From an uncultured Rikenellaceae bacterium (GTDB lineage Bacteria > Bacteroidota > Bacteroidia > Bacteroidales > VadinHA17), in the NCBI GenBank assembly GCA_964555805.1, contig CAZKTX010000002.1, positions 1-52,392 of the forward strand: a stretch of 52,392 nucleotides of DNA, in the 5' to 3' direction. This document shows positions 1 to 9,997 of the stretch, one piece after another. The notes under the pieces were generated by a model. It saw only the letters and a program-made list of their open reading frames with translations, did not search any database and was not told where the DNA came from. Within the stretch, counting starts at the first letter, position 1. Each line of letters opens with the position of its first letter. A program made the position numbers and the translations under genes.

Positions 1-843
1 TTGATATTCCAAGCGATTGTCCGTACCTGATTATAGTATCACCTGCAATTACTTCCACGCCTACATAGAAGAAGAGAGCAATCACACCGAGAATGAGGTG
101 GGGGAACTGCCAGATGCTTGTTTTTTTCTCATTCGCCACGCCTACGGCTTCATCCTCTGCTTCCGTGTCCACATCGGGCAGATGAACGAATTTGATAAGA
201 AGTCCGAGAAGCACAAGCACAACAGCCATTATTATATAAGGTACAATAACACCTCTTGCCATTTCATCAAGAAGAAGTGCCCTCGATCCAGCATCGACAG
301 CCTTTGCCAGATTTTCTTCAATTATATGGGAATCCTTAAGGAGAACACTTGCAAGTATAATAGGGGCAAGAACTCCGGCAAACTTGTTTGCTATGCCCAT
401 TATACTGATACGCTTTGCAGCGCTTTCACGCGGACCGATGATTGTAACATACGGATTCACGGCAGTCTGAAGAAGTGCCAGACCCGTTCCTTCAACAAAC
501 AGACCTGTGAGAAACAGACCATAGGTTCTTGTTAGGGCTGCAGGTATGAAAACAAGAGCACCCGCTGCCATAACCCAAAGACCCACAGACATACCCATTT
601 TGAATCCTGTCTTTTTAAGAATCAGGGATGACGGAAGGGCCATCACTAAATATGAAATATAAAAAGCAGCTGTAACGAAATACGCCTGGAAATCATTCAG
701 CTCACAGGCTGTCCTGAGGAATGGTATAAGTACTCCGTTAAGCCAGGTGACAAATCCGAAGATGAAGAAGAAAAGTCCGATGATTGTAATCGCGAATACA
801 TAGTCCTTTCTGCTGATGTCGTTTGAAGAGTTGCTTGTAGACA
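1..843 (-). CDS. Sugar MFS transporter, FucP/GluP (L-fucose or glucose/galactose:H+ symporter) family; partial, 3' end lies beyond the window
   Basis: My own translation from the ATG at 843-841 runs open to position 1: MSTSNSSNDISRKDYVFAITIIGLFFFIFGFVTWLNGVLIPFL...LLQTAVNPYVTIIGPRESAAKRISIMG. This is the characteristic FucP/GluP N-terminal half. It is absent from the ORF track because there is no stop inside the window. Confidence 0.8.
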
Positions 844-916
844 TAATTATGGATTTAGGTTAGGTTTTTTCAGAATAGTCAAAACTAATCTTTTTTAATT
901 TCGCTGCAAAGCAAAA

Positions 917-1558
917 TTACTTTTCGATGGGATCCCCGGCTGATTTTTCCCTTGATCTTATGCCAAGGTAGCCCCCGTGATGCCGTTTTGAATAGTCCTC
1001 GGCAGTGAATCCTATTTTTTCCATCATCATCACAACCAGTGCATCGCCGATTACTGTAAATACAGTGGTTGAAGTGGTGGGAGTAAGGCCGAGCGGACAG
1101 ACCTCGGTAGGAGATCCGGTTGAAATGAAGTAATCGGCTTTTATTGCCAGGGGACTTTGCTCATTTCCGGTAATAACAATTACAGGCAGACCGGGAAACA
1201 GGCTATCCTTAAGATCGATCAGTTCTATTATCTCGCGTGTCTTGCCTGAATTAGAAATTACAAGCATAATATCGTTTTCCTGTAAGATTCCAAGGTCGCC
1301 GTGCTGAGCTTCGCTGGGATGAAGGAAAACTGCCGGAGTTCCCGTTGAACTGTAAGTCGTGGCTATATTGTTGGCTATCTGTCCTGCCTTGCCCATGCCG
1401 CTTGTAATTAGTTTGCCCCTCATCTCATGAACATGCCTGAAAATGATTTCGGTGACTGCTTCGTATGCATCATTTACCGGGATGTTCTTTATCGCAGAAG
1501 CTTCTCTCTCAAATATTGCAGCTATTTTTTCCTTCATTTCCTTAAAAATTACGTCCAA
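917..1558 (-). CDS. SIS-domain sugar-phosphate isomerase (KpsF/GutQ-like SIS module without CBS domains)
   Basis: 213 aa with the SIS signature LITSGMGKAGQIA ... MLVISNSGKTREI. The start at 1558 is TTG; an in-frame ATG at 1537 is an alternative. Confidence 0.75.
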   Translation of the reverse strand: MDVIFKEMKEKIAAIFEREASAIKNIPVNDAYEAVTEIIFRHVHEMRGKLITSGMGKAGQIANNIATTYSSTGTPAVFLHPSEAQHGDLGILQENDIMLVISNSGKTREIIELIDLKDSLFPGLPVIVITGNEQSPLAIKADYFISTGSPTEVCPLGLTPTTSTTVFTVIGDALVVMMMEKIGFTAEDYSKRHHGGYLGIRSREKSAGDPIEK

Positions 1559-1680
1559 AAGTACAAAAAAAACACCTTTGTGAATTTCATGAGGTGGTTT
1601 GTAAGATTATCCGAACTTATATGAAAAGAAATTCTATTTTTGTATACATGCTCTATTTTTAACCTGATCTCCCGAAAAGC

Positions 1681-2907
1681 ATGGCCAGTCCTGACGCCTC
1701 GCCGGAAAGCTCCGGTATTCGCGGATCGAAGCCCTACGTTGTAGCGACGGCATTTTTTGCATTACTTGCAATTGTTGGTTTCGCTCTTTACGGTCTTCCC
1801 TTTTTCTATGATTTTTTCGTGAAGGAGTTCGGATGGTCGCGTACTGTTGTCACGTCAGGAAATGCCCTTGGAAAACTCATTATAGCACCTCTCTTCGGAT
1901 TCCTGGCCGGTTGGCTTATTGACCGCTACGGACCCCGGAAACTGATGCTTGCCGGATCGCTTCTTGCCGGTTCGGCCCTGATCGGCTTGAGCATGATGAA
2001 CAACCTGGGCATGTTCTATTTTTTCTATATTCTTAACGCACTGGGATATGTTTTTGGTGGTCCGCTTCCCTGCCAGGTGTTGATATCGAGATGGTTTGAG
2101 AAGAACAGGGGCAAGGCCATGGGTATTGCCTATCTTGGAATAGGAACAGGCGGGGCAGTTGTTCCCTTGATTTCAACAACTCTTGAGAAAAACCTCGGCT
2201 GGCATTTGGCGCTAACAAGTGTAGGTGTACTTGTAATACTGTTCTCTTTTCCTCTTGCATTTTTCTTAAAAGAGACTCCCCGTGAACCTGTTGCAGTGAC
2301 ACGCAAGAAGCCTGAAATACCTGTATCCGGAATACTTAAGAACAGGAATTTCTATCTTCTTGCCATAGGAAGCATGTGTTCAATAGGGGCAGTTGGCGGT
2401 GTGAACCAGCATCTTAAGCTCTATCTCAGGGATCATGATTTCTCGCAGTCAAATTCTGCAACCATTATGTCGCTTGTACTGCTTTCAAGCCTGGCAGGCA
2501 GGGTGTTAATGGGGATGCTTGCCGACATCTTCCCGAGGAAATATGTTATGATACTCATATATTTAATTGTAGGAGCATCCATTCCCTTGCTTCTGATGCC
2601 TGATTTTCCGGGAAGGCTGTACATATTTGCAGTCATTTTCGGGATAGGTCTTGGTGGTGATTATATGATAATTCCACTGATGGCTGGTGACCTGTTCGGT
2701 GTAAGAATGCTGGGAAGGGTAATGGGAATTATTCTTGTGGCCGACGGAATTGCGGAATCTCTCTCTCCAATGATGGTGGGGGCCCTGTACAATGAAGCCC
2801 TTAAAAGCTATACAACTGGTTTCATCGTGCTCATATTCATAGCGCTGACAGGGGCGCTTATAGTATCATTTCTTCCCCGTCAGAATGCATTAACTGAATC
2901 AAACTAA
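1681..2907 (+). CDS. MFS transporter (12-TM, oxalate/formate-antiporter-like subfamily)
   Basis: 408 aa, hydrophobic throughout, with the MFS loop motif GWLIDRYGPRK between TM2 and TM3. A TAnnTTTG-like box (TATTTTTG) lies at 1635-1642 upstream. Confidence 0.8.
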   Translation: MASPDASPESSGIRGSKPYVVATAFFALLAIVGFALYGLPFFYDFFVKEFGWSRTVVTSGNALGKLIIAPLFGFLAGWLIDRYGPRKLMLAGSLLAGSALIGLSMMNNLGMFYFFYILNALGYVFGGPLPCQVLISRWFEKNRGKAMGIAYLGIGTGGAVVPLISTTLEKNLGWHLALTSVGVLVILFSFPLAFFLKETPREPVAVTRKKPEIPVSGILKNRNFYLLAIGSMCSIGAVGGVNQHLKLYLRDHDFSQSNSATIMSLVLLSSLAGRVLMGMLADIFPRKYVMILIYLIVGASIPLLLMPDFPGRLYIFAVIFGIGLGGDYMIIPLMAGDLFGVRMLGRVMGIILVADGIAESLSPMMVGALYNEALKSYTTGFIVLIFIALTGALIVSFLPRQNALTESN

Positions 2908-2927
2908 ACACTAAAACAATAACAATT

Positions 2928-4223
2928 ATGAAAAAGCTTATTTCAGGACTGTTCATTTCGGCATGTTTGCTGGCATGTGGAGCATTATATGGCCAGATTC
3001 CCGAGCAGATGATAAAGATTATTGTAACGCCCGATCATGAAGACTGGCAATACACTACAGGAGAAAAGGCTGGTTTTACAATCCAGGTCTTTTATCATCA
3101 GAATCCACTGAAGGGAGTTAAAGCCTTCTATGAGATAGGACCGGAGAAAATGGACCCTGTGAAAAGGGATTCGGTTATGCTGAACGGCAAACCGTTTGAA
3201 GTGAACGGAGGTACGATGTCATCTCCTGGTTTTCTGCGTTGTGTTGTGACTGTTGATTTTGAGGGACGCAGATACAGGGGGCTTGCCACAGCCGGGTTCA
3301 GTCCGCTGACAATAAAACCTACAGTTAAGTACCCCGACGACTTCAGGGCATTCTGGGATGCAGCCAAAGCCGAACTCGAAAAAGTCCCGCTTAATCCAAG
3401 GATGACGCTGATGCCTGAGAGATGCACGGAAAACACAAATGTATATAATGTCAGTATTCAGAACATTGGGAATTCAAGGATCTATGGCATTGTCTCAATC
3501 CCCAGAAAGGAAGGTAAGTATCCTGCAATACTGGAGGTTCCGGGAGCGGGTGTCAGGGCTTATTCCCCCGACCTTAACCTTGCAGAGCGGGGTGTTATTA
3601 CTTTCGTGATTGGAATTCACGGAATACCGGTGAATCTTGATCCGGGGGTATATCTTGACCTGGGAAGCGGTGGTCTGAGAGAATACTGGACTAACAATAT
3701 GGATAACCGCGACAGATATTATTATAAAAGGGTATATCTGGGTTGTGTCAGAGCAAATGATTTCATTGCCTCGCTTCCCCAGTACGATGGATCAAGCCTG
3801 GCAGTAACAGGGGGAAGCCAGGGCGGAGCTCTGTCAATCATTACAGCTTCGCTTGACCCTAGAGTTAAATACCTTGCTTCGCTATATCCTGCACTGTCCG
3901 ACGTCACAGGGTATTTGTCAGGCAGGGCAGGCGGATGGCCTCATTTCTTCGATAAGAACAATGTGAAGTATCACAATATCAAGGAGAAGCTTGAAACAAT
4001 ACAATATTATGACGTAGTGAATTTTGCAAGGGAACTAAAGGCAGCCGGTAACTATACATGGGGTTTCAACGACGAGACATGTCCTCCAACATCAATGTAT
4101 GCAGCATACAATGTAATTAATGCTCCAAAAGAACTTCATCTTGCACTTGAAACCGGGCACTGGACATTCCAGGAGCAGAACATCCGTCTTCAGAACTGGC
4201 TGATTGAAGTGCTTAAAAAATAA
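2928..4223 (+). CDS. Acetyl-xylan esterase / cephalosporin-C deacetylase family (CE7) with an N-terminal signal or lipoprotein peptide
   Basis: 431 aa with the nucleophile elbow GGSQGGALS, the Asp context FNDETCPP and the His context ETGHW. The N-terminus MKKLISGLFISACLLAC resembles a lipobox. Confidence 0.8.
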   Translation: MKKLISGLFISACLLACGALYGQIPEQMIKIIVTPDHEDWQYTTGEKAGFTIQVFYHQNPLKGVKAFYEIGPEKMDPVKRDSVMLNGKPFEVNGGTMSSPGFLRCVVTVDFEGRRYRGLATAGFSPLTIKPTVKYPDDFRAFWDAAKAELEKVPLNPRMTLMPERCTENTNVYNVSIQNIGNSRIYGIVSIPRKEGKYPAILEVPGAGVRAYSPDLNLAERGVITFVIGIHGIPVNLDPGVYLDLGSGGLREYWTNNMDNRDRYYYKRVYLGCVRANDFIASLPQYDGSSLAVTGGSQGGALSIITASLDPRVKYLASLYPALSDVTGYLSGRAGGWPHFFDKNNVKYHNIKEKLETIQYYDVVNFARELKAAGNYTWGFNDETCPPTSMYAAYNVINAPKELHLALETGHWTFQEQNIRLQNWLIEVLKK

Positions 4224-4475
4224 TCCGGCCTGTAAGGCACTTATCAGGTATAATGTCAAGAAAAACGAGTATTTTGATCAATGGTTGTTAATCAGGCATC
4301 AAATGGTTTTTTTCTTTTGACGTATGTCCTGTTTTAGTGGGTCATATATATAAAAATGTCTCATTTTGAGACACTTTGAAGCTAAGTTGATTTTGTTGTC
4401 AATGCTTTTTTTGTTACATTTGAAGAACAAATTGCTACCTGGTATGGAAGCACATTTTGAAAACTGAATCCTGAA

Positions 4476-6419
4476 ATGCGTATAACAGACACTGGAATCA
4501 AGGAGAAGATCAGAAAACTGGCATCGGTATTCTTTCATAAGTATTCAATACCCAGATGGACCCTTTTCTTGCATGACATGATCTCGGTTTTTCTAACCTT
4601 TCTCCTTTCATATTTGCTAAGGTACAATTTTGTTCCGGGTGATTTTCCAATGGAAACCGCCATGCTGCACGGTCTGATCACTTTATTCATTTACACTGTC
4701 TTTATTCTGGTTTTTCGCTCCTATGCCGGTCTTATCAGGCATACAACACTGACCGACATTTCAATGGTTTTCCTTACTACATCGGTTTCTGGTGTTGTAT
4801 TGGTACTATTCTCCCTGTTAAGTGAAAAATTGCATTTTGGCAATTACTTCACAATACCTGTTTCAATTCTGCTGATACATTATGTACTCATTACTGTTTA
4901 TTTTTTTTACATGAGAATTGCGGTAAAGGTGTTGTTCAGGTTCGCGCATCATTCATACAAGGGATTAAACAAGAGAGTACTGATCTATGGAGCTGGAGAA
5001 ATGGGATTTGTCGTGAAGCGTGTTCTAGTAAGTGACCCCAGGGGAGGATTCAGCGTCACCGGGTTTATTGATGATAACAGGCAGCTTCAGGGAAAGAAGA
5101 TCAATGACATTACTGTTTATAATTCGGATATTCTAAATCCGGGTTTTATAATTAAGCACAGGATACAAACTCTGGTTCTGGCTATTGCAAATCTGCAACC
5201 CGCTAAAAAAAGTGAGATAATACAACAGGCCATTGCCCTTAATATTGAAGTTCTTGAGACGCCTGCACTGGACAAATGGTTAAACGGTCAGCTTGAGGTC
5301 AGGCAGCTTCAGAAAGTCAAGCTTGAAGATCTCCTTGGAAGGGAACCCATAAAGCTTAACCTTGATGCAATCAGAAAGGGATTATCCAAAAAGACAATAC
5401 TTGTAACGGGAGCCGCCGGCTCCATTGGGTCTGAGATTGTCCGCCAGCTTTCAAGGTTTGGGACACAGAATGTAGTTCTTATTGATCAGGCAGAAACTCC
5501 CGTATTTCATCTTGAAAACGAACTCAGGAAGAACTTCGGGCACATGAAGTTCATAGCAATACTGGCCGATGTAACCAACATGGAAAAGATGGAGCAGATA
5601 TTTGCTAAATATCGTCCGGACGTTGTTTTTCATGCGGCAGCCTACAAGCATGTTCCGCTCATGGAAGCAAATCCCCATGAAGCATTACGTGTCAATGTGG
5701 GAGGAACAAGAATAATGGTGGAGCTATCTGTCAAGTATGGAGTCAAGAAATTCGTAATGATTTCCTCTGATAAATCTGTCAATCCCACAAACATAATGGG
5801 GGCATCCAAGAGGGTCTGCGAAATGCTTGTACAGACAAAATCGATGAAGGAAGGCGTTAAAACCCAGTTTGTAATTACCAGGTTCGGGAATGTGCTTGGA
5901 TCAAACGGATCGGTAATACCGCTGTTTAAAAGACAAATCGAAGATGGCGGGCCGGTTACTGTTACTCATCCGGATATTACACGATATTTTATGACAATTC
6001 CTGAAGCATGTCAGCTGGTTCTTGAGGCTGGTTTCATGGGAAATGGAGGAGAGATATTCGTGTTCGATATGGGTAAGCCTGTCAGGATAACCGATCTGGC
6101 AATAAACATGATCAAGCTTTCCGGTCTTGAACCGGACAAGGACATAAAAATAGAATATACCGGACTTCGCCCTGGAGAAAAGCTGTTTGAGGAACTGCTT
6201 TCTTCCGAAGAGGAAATACTTCCAACCCACCATGAGAAGATAAAGATCGCCAAAGTCGACAGAAAGGATTACAAGACTGAAGTACTGCATGTTATTGCAT
6301 CGCTCAGGAATATTTACGGTCTTACCGACGTTGAAGTAGTCGATTTCTTTGAGCTGCTTGTTCCCCAATATAAATCAGCCAAGCAGGCATTGAACGGCAG
6401 TCTGGAAAAGAAAAACTAA
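4476..6419 (+). CDS. Membrane-bound polysaccharide biosynthesis protein, CapD/WbpM/PglF-like nucleotide-sugar 4,6-dehydratase
   Basis: 647 aa. It has N-terminal TM helices followed by two Rossmann regions (LIYGAGEMG and VTGAAGSIGSE) and the SDR catalytic context AAAYKHVP. Confidence 0.85.
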   Translation: MRITDTGIKEKIRKLASVFFHKYSIPRWTLFLHDMISVFLTFLLSYLLRYNFVPGDFPMETAMLHGLITLFIYTVFILVFRSYAGLIRHTTLTDISMVFLTTSVSGVVLVLFSLLSEKLHFGNYFTIPVSILLIHYVLITVYFFYMRIAVKVLFRFAHHSYKGLNKRVLIYGAGEMGFVVKRVLVSDPRGGFSVTGFIDDNRQLQGKKINDITVYNSDILNPGFIIKHRIQTLVLAIANLQPAKKSEIIQQAIALNIEVLETPALDKWLNGQLEVRQLQKVKLEDLLGREPIKLNLDAIRKGLSKKTILVTGAAGSIGSEIVRQLSRFGTQNVVLIDQAETPVFHLENELRKNFGHMKFIAILADVTNMEKMEQIFAKYRPDVVFHAAAYKHVPLMEANPHEALRVNVGGTRIMVELSVKYGVKKFVMISSDKSVNPTNIMGASKRVCEMLVQTKSMKEGVKTQFVITRFGNVLGSNGSVIPLFKRQIEDGGPVTVTHPDITRYFMTIPEACQLVLEAGFMGNGGEIFVFDMGKPVRITDLAINMIKLSGLEPDKDIKIEYTGLRPGEKLFEELLSSEEEILPTHHEKIKIAKVDRKDYKTEVLHVIASLRNIYGLTDVEVVDFFELLVPQYKSAKQALNGSLEKKN

Positions 6420-6426
6420 TCCATAG

Positions 6427-6452
6427 AAAAAGCGCCCGAAAAGGCGCTTTTT
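6427..6452. terminator. Bidirectional rho-independent terminator between the capD-like gene and tRNA-Arg
   Basis: The stem AGCGCC (6431-6436) pairs with GGCGCT (6443-6448). It is flanked by an A-run upstream and a T-run downstream. Confidence 0.6.
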
Positions 6453-6453
6453 G

Positions 6454-6527
6454 TGATCCCGACAGGATTCAAACCTGTAACCTTCTGATCCGTAGTCAGA
6501 TGCTCTATTCAGTTAAGCTACGGGACC
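6454..6527 (-). tRNA. tRNA-Arg (anticodon ACG)
   Basis: The reverse complement folds by hand as a cloverleaf: acceptor GGTCCCG/CGGGATC, D-arm GCTT..GAGC, anticodon stem TCTGA/TCAGA with loop CTACGGA (anticodon ACG), and T-arm ACAGG-TTTGAAT-CCTGT. CCA is not encoded. Confidence 0.9.
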
Positions 6528-6656
6528 TTATTGTCAAAATCAGGTTGCAAATATAATAATTTTTTCTGCCTCTGTTAATGCTTATCTTTATTTGTCGGAA
6601 AATGTAAAATATTTCATATTTTATATCGTTGAAAATCATAAGACAAATTATATGAA

Positions 6657-9479
6657 ATGAAAAAAGCAACCTCAATAATACTGAAATCTCTTCTGGGGCT
6701 TATCCTTCTAATCCTGATTCTCCTGTTTTCAATTCCACTTATTTTCAGGGACAAGATAAAGGAGAAGGTTGTGAATGTAATAAATGAATCGGTTGAAGCA
6801 AGAGTGAGTTTTGGCGACTACAAGCTGGGATTCTTTAAAAACTTTCCCAACCTGACTTTTTCACTTGAGAACCTTTCGGTGGCTGGTGTCGGTAAGTTTG
6901 AGGCCGACACCCTTGCGGCTGCCAATTCAATTAATCTGGTTTTTAACCTGTCAAGCCTTTTCGGAAAGGGTGGCTATGAAGTTAAATCTGTTATAATAGA
7001 TGGCGCCGGAATTAATACTGTCGTGCTTGAGGATGGAAGCGCAAACTGGGATATAATGAAGGAAAGCGAGGAAACTGAAGCTGAAGTGGAAGCAGATTCC
7101 GGTGTAAAGATATTGCTGAAGGAGGTAAAACTGCTCTCCAGTTCCGTCTCATATGTTGATAGGGAATCGGATATTGCTGCATGGCTGGGTAATGTGAATG
7201 GTTCTCTGAGCGGTGATCTTGCAGGCAGCAAAAGCGATCTTGTAATAACCCTTGAATCGGACGACTTTGATTTTGTAATGGAGGACATGAAGTATATAAA
7301 CAGTGCAAAAGCAACTGCATTTGTGAATGTTCTGGCGGATATTGACAGCATGATATTCCGTCTCAGGGAAAATTCCGTGACAATAAATGACCTGCTTCTC
7401 AATTTTGCCGGTACTGTTGCAATGCCGGGAGATGATATTGAGACTGACCTTACATTCAGATCGGATGAGACATCATTCAAATCTCTTATATCCCTTATTC
7501 CGGCATTATATATGAAGGATTTTCAGGATCTCAAAGCTGAAGGCACATTTAACCTTGCCGGAAAGGCAAAAGGAATTTACAGCAGCGCCGACAGCACAAT
7601 GCCTGATATTTCACTTGATCTTACCGTGAAAGACGGGTTGATAAGCTATCACGCACTTCCCGAACAGATAAAAAGAATAAACCTCGAATCGTCAATATTT
7701 ATTGATGGGACGGATTTGGACAAGACAAGGGTGGATGTTTCGGGTTTTCATTTTGAACTTGCAGGAAATCCTTTTGACCTGAGGTTTTATCTCAGAACTC
7801 CAATGAGCGATCCCGATATCGACGGTTCAGCTAAAGGGAAAATCGATCTTACTGCACTTACAAAGGCTGTCCCGATGGATAGCATTAAGCTGGCGGGGTT
7901 GATAGACCTGTCAGTTGATATGGCAGGAAGGATGTCGATGCTCGAACAATCGCAATACGACAAATTTAAGGCATCGGGGAACATCAGCCTGAAAGACATG
8001 CTTGTAGCAATGACCGGATATCCCGAAGTTAATATCAGGGAGGCAGGAATGACAGTCACTCCTGCGTTTGCGGATCTGAAAAGTGCAGAGATAAGCATCG
8101 GACAGGGCAGCGATTTCAGTCTTGGAGGAAAACTGGAAAACTATATCCCTTACTTGCTGAAAAATGAAACAATAAGGGGAAACCTTTCAATGTATTCGAA
8201 ACAGATTGACTTCACTGAAATCATGTCGGGGATGGCAGATGATACAGCAGATGAAGACACATCATCGCTTGCAGTCATCAAAGTGCCGGGCAACATTGAC
8301 TTCGACTTTACAGCGAAGGTCGATAAGTTCAAATACAACAATATAAATGTAAGTAATGTGACAGGTCACATTCTTGTTAAGGACGGCATACTGACTCTAA
8401 AGGATACCGGAATGGATCTGCTCGGAGGCAAGGTGGCTTTCAATGCTGATTATGATACACGCGACACTCTTAATCCGTTTGTAAAAGCGGAGATGAATGT
8501 TCTTGATCTTGCAATTAAGGATGCATTTGAGGTCTTTAATACTCTTAAGATGCTTGCTCCGACAGCAAAGGGTATTGACGGCAAATTTGCTTTTAAACTT
8601 AATTACAGCAGCATGCTGCAGAATGATTTCATGCCCAGGATTTCGACAATAACAGGAGCAGGAAAAATGCAGTCAAGTGAAGTGACCCTGGTTGAATCCG
8701 CAGTATTTAATACAATGAAGGAGGTTCTCAAGGTGGGGAGAGGGTATACAAATACATTCAGGGATTTAAATATAAGCTTCAATGTAAAGGACGGACGTCT
8801 GTTCGTCAGTCCCTTCAATACCCGTGTCGGAAATATAAAAATGAACATAAGCGGTGACCAGGGTCTGGACCAGACTATCAATTATGTAATCAAAACTGAA
8901 ATTCCCAGATCAGAACTGGGAAATGCTGCAAATTCACTTATTGAAAGCCTGTCGGCGCAGGCTTCAGCATTTGGCGTTACAATTAAACCATCGGAGATAA
9001 TGAAGGTCAACGTCAATGTATCCGGGACTTTCCTTAAACCGGTTGTAAAACCGTTTTTTGGCAGCACACCTCCTGATAGCACATCTGTAATGAACATAAG
9101 GGAAACAGCCAAAGAAGCAGTAAAGGAAACAGTTGTTGAGAAAGTCGAAGAAGTCAGGGATAAGGTGAAGAGCGAAGCTGAGATACAGGGTGACAAACTG
9201 GTTCAGGAAGCGGAAGACAGAGGTCAGCAGTTAAGGGATGAAGCTTCAAGAACCGCTGAAAAGATCCGTCTTGAAGCCAGGGCTCAGGCCGACAAACTAG
9301 TAAAGGAGGCAGAATCCAAAGGCCCTATTGCCAGACTCGGGGCTCAGAAGGCAGCCGACAGTGTGATAAAAGAAGCAGACAGGAAAGCGGATCAACTTGT
9401 AAAAGAGGCCGATGAAAAGGCCCTTAAGCTTGTTGACGAGGCTAAGGCAAAGCGTGAGGAACTGCTTCAGAAGATATAA
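6657..9479 (+). CDS. AsmA-family outer-membrane biogenesis protein with a charged helical C-terminal extension
   Basis: 940 aa with a single N-terminal TM anchor (LLGLILLILILLFSIPLIF). The long beta-rich body is typical of AsmA/TamB-like proteins. The C-terminal approx. 126 aa are K/E/A-rich. Confidence 0.65.
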   Translation: MKKATSIILKSLLGLILLILILLFSIPLIFRDKIKEKVVNVINESVEARVSFGDYKLGFFKNFPNLTFSLENLSVAGVGKFEADTLAAANSINLVFNLSSLFGKGGYEVKSVIIDGAGINTVVLEDGSANWDIMKESEETEAEVEADSGVKILLKEVKLLSSSVSYVDRESDIAAWLGNVNGSLSGDLAGSKSDLVITLESDDFDFVMEDMKYINSAKATAFVNVLADIDSMIFRLRENSVTINDLLLNFAGTVAMPGDDIETDLTFRSDETSFKSLISLIPALYMKDFQDLKAEGTFNLAGKAKGIYSSADSTMPDISLDLTVKDGLISYHALPEQIKRINLESSIFIDGTDLDKTRVDVSGFHFELAGNPFDLRFYLRTPMSDPDIDGSAKGKIDLTALTKAVPMDSIKLAGLIDLSVDMAGRMSMLEQSQYDKFKASGNISLKDMLVAMTGYPEVNIREAGMTVTPAFADLKSAEISIGQGSDFSLGGKLENYIPYLLKNETIRGNLSMYSKQIDFTEIMSGMADDTADEDTSSLAVIKVPGNIDFDFTAKVDKFKYNNINVSNVTGHILVKDGILTLKDTGMDLLGGKVAFNADYDTRDTLNPFVKAEMNVLDLAIKDAFEVFNTLKMLAPTAKGIDGKFAFKLNYSSMLQNDFMPRISTITGAGKMQSSEVTLVESAVFNTMKEVLKVGRGYTNTFRDLNISFNVKDGRLFVSPFNTRVGNIKMNISGDQGLDQTINYVIKTEIPRSELGNAANSLIESLSAQASAFGVTIKPSEIMKVNVNVSGTFLKPVVKPFFGSTPPDSTSVMNIRETAKEAVKETVVEKVEEVRDKVKSEAEIQGDKLVQEAEDRGQQLRDEASRTAEKIRLEARAQADKLVKEAESKGPIARLGAQKAADSVIKEADRKADQLVKEADEKALKLVDEAKAKREELLQKI

Positions 9480-9483
9480 AATC

Positions 9484-9516
9484 AAAAAAGGCTGTTCCTT
9501 GCGGACAGCCTTTTTT
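9484..9516. terminator. Bidirectional rho-independent terminator shared by the convergent asmA-like and rplS genes
   Basis: The stem GGCTGTTC (9490-9497) pairs with GGACAGCC (9503-9510). An A6 run precedes it and a T6 run follows it. Confidence 0.6.
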
Positions 9517-9530
9517 AATATGAATCAATT

Positions 9531-9869
9531 CTAGAATTTCTTTTCCTTTATACGTGCTTTCTTTCCTGTAAGATCGCGAAGGTAGAATATCCTGGCCCTG
9601 CGTACTTTTCCATGCTTGTTTACTTCTATCTTGTCAATCGAAGGTGAGACCAGCGGGAATATTCTTTCAACACCGATATTTCCTGACATTTTTCTGACAG
9701 TAAAGGTCTCAGTGTGACCACTACCGCTCCGCTGAATAACTACTCCGCGGAATTGCTGAATTCTCTCCTTGTTCCCTTCCTTAATCTTATAGTGGACAGT
9801 AACGGTATCTCCGGCAATGAACCTGGGATATTCATTTTTTACTGCAAATTCCTTCTCAATAACATCCAT
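9531..9869 (-). CDS. rplS: 50S ribosomal protein L19
   Basis: MDVIEKEF...[33 protein letters not shown]...[26 protein letters not shown] is canonical L19. The ORF-track start at 9926 adds an implausible Cys-rich extension. Plausible starts are ATG 9869 (MDVI) or 9878 (MNLMDVI). Confidence 0.9.
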   Translation of the reverse strand: MDVIEKEFAVKNEYPRFIAGDTVTVHYKIKEGNKERIQQFRGVVIQRSGSGHTETFTVRKMSGNIGVERIFPLVSPSIDKIEVNKHGKVRRARIFYLRDLTGKKARIKEKKF

Positions 9870-9997
9870 TAAATTCATTTCACAACAATTTTGTTTCAAA
9901 CAACATGATCTAAAATCAGGGTGCAAAAATACACATTTTCTTTATATTCCCAAACGCCGGTATTTAAATTTTGTCAATTATTGGCTAAAACCAATCA

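Noticed and set aside
17-535. 172-aa plus-strand ORF at the window start
   Set aside because: It lies entirely antisense to a clearly recognisable FucP/GluP-type transporter gene (1-843, minus strand). Its Cys/His/Asn-rich translation has no family resemblance.
2928-4223. CE7 esterase carrying a signal or lipoprotein peptide and an extra N-terminal domain, as a possible oddity
   Set aside because: Characterised CE7 enzymes are mostly cytoplasmic. However, long exported acetyl-xylan-esterase-like proteins of about 430 aa appear common in Bacteroidota carbohydrate clusters, so this is not distinctive enough to report as a finding.
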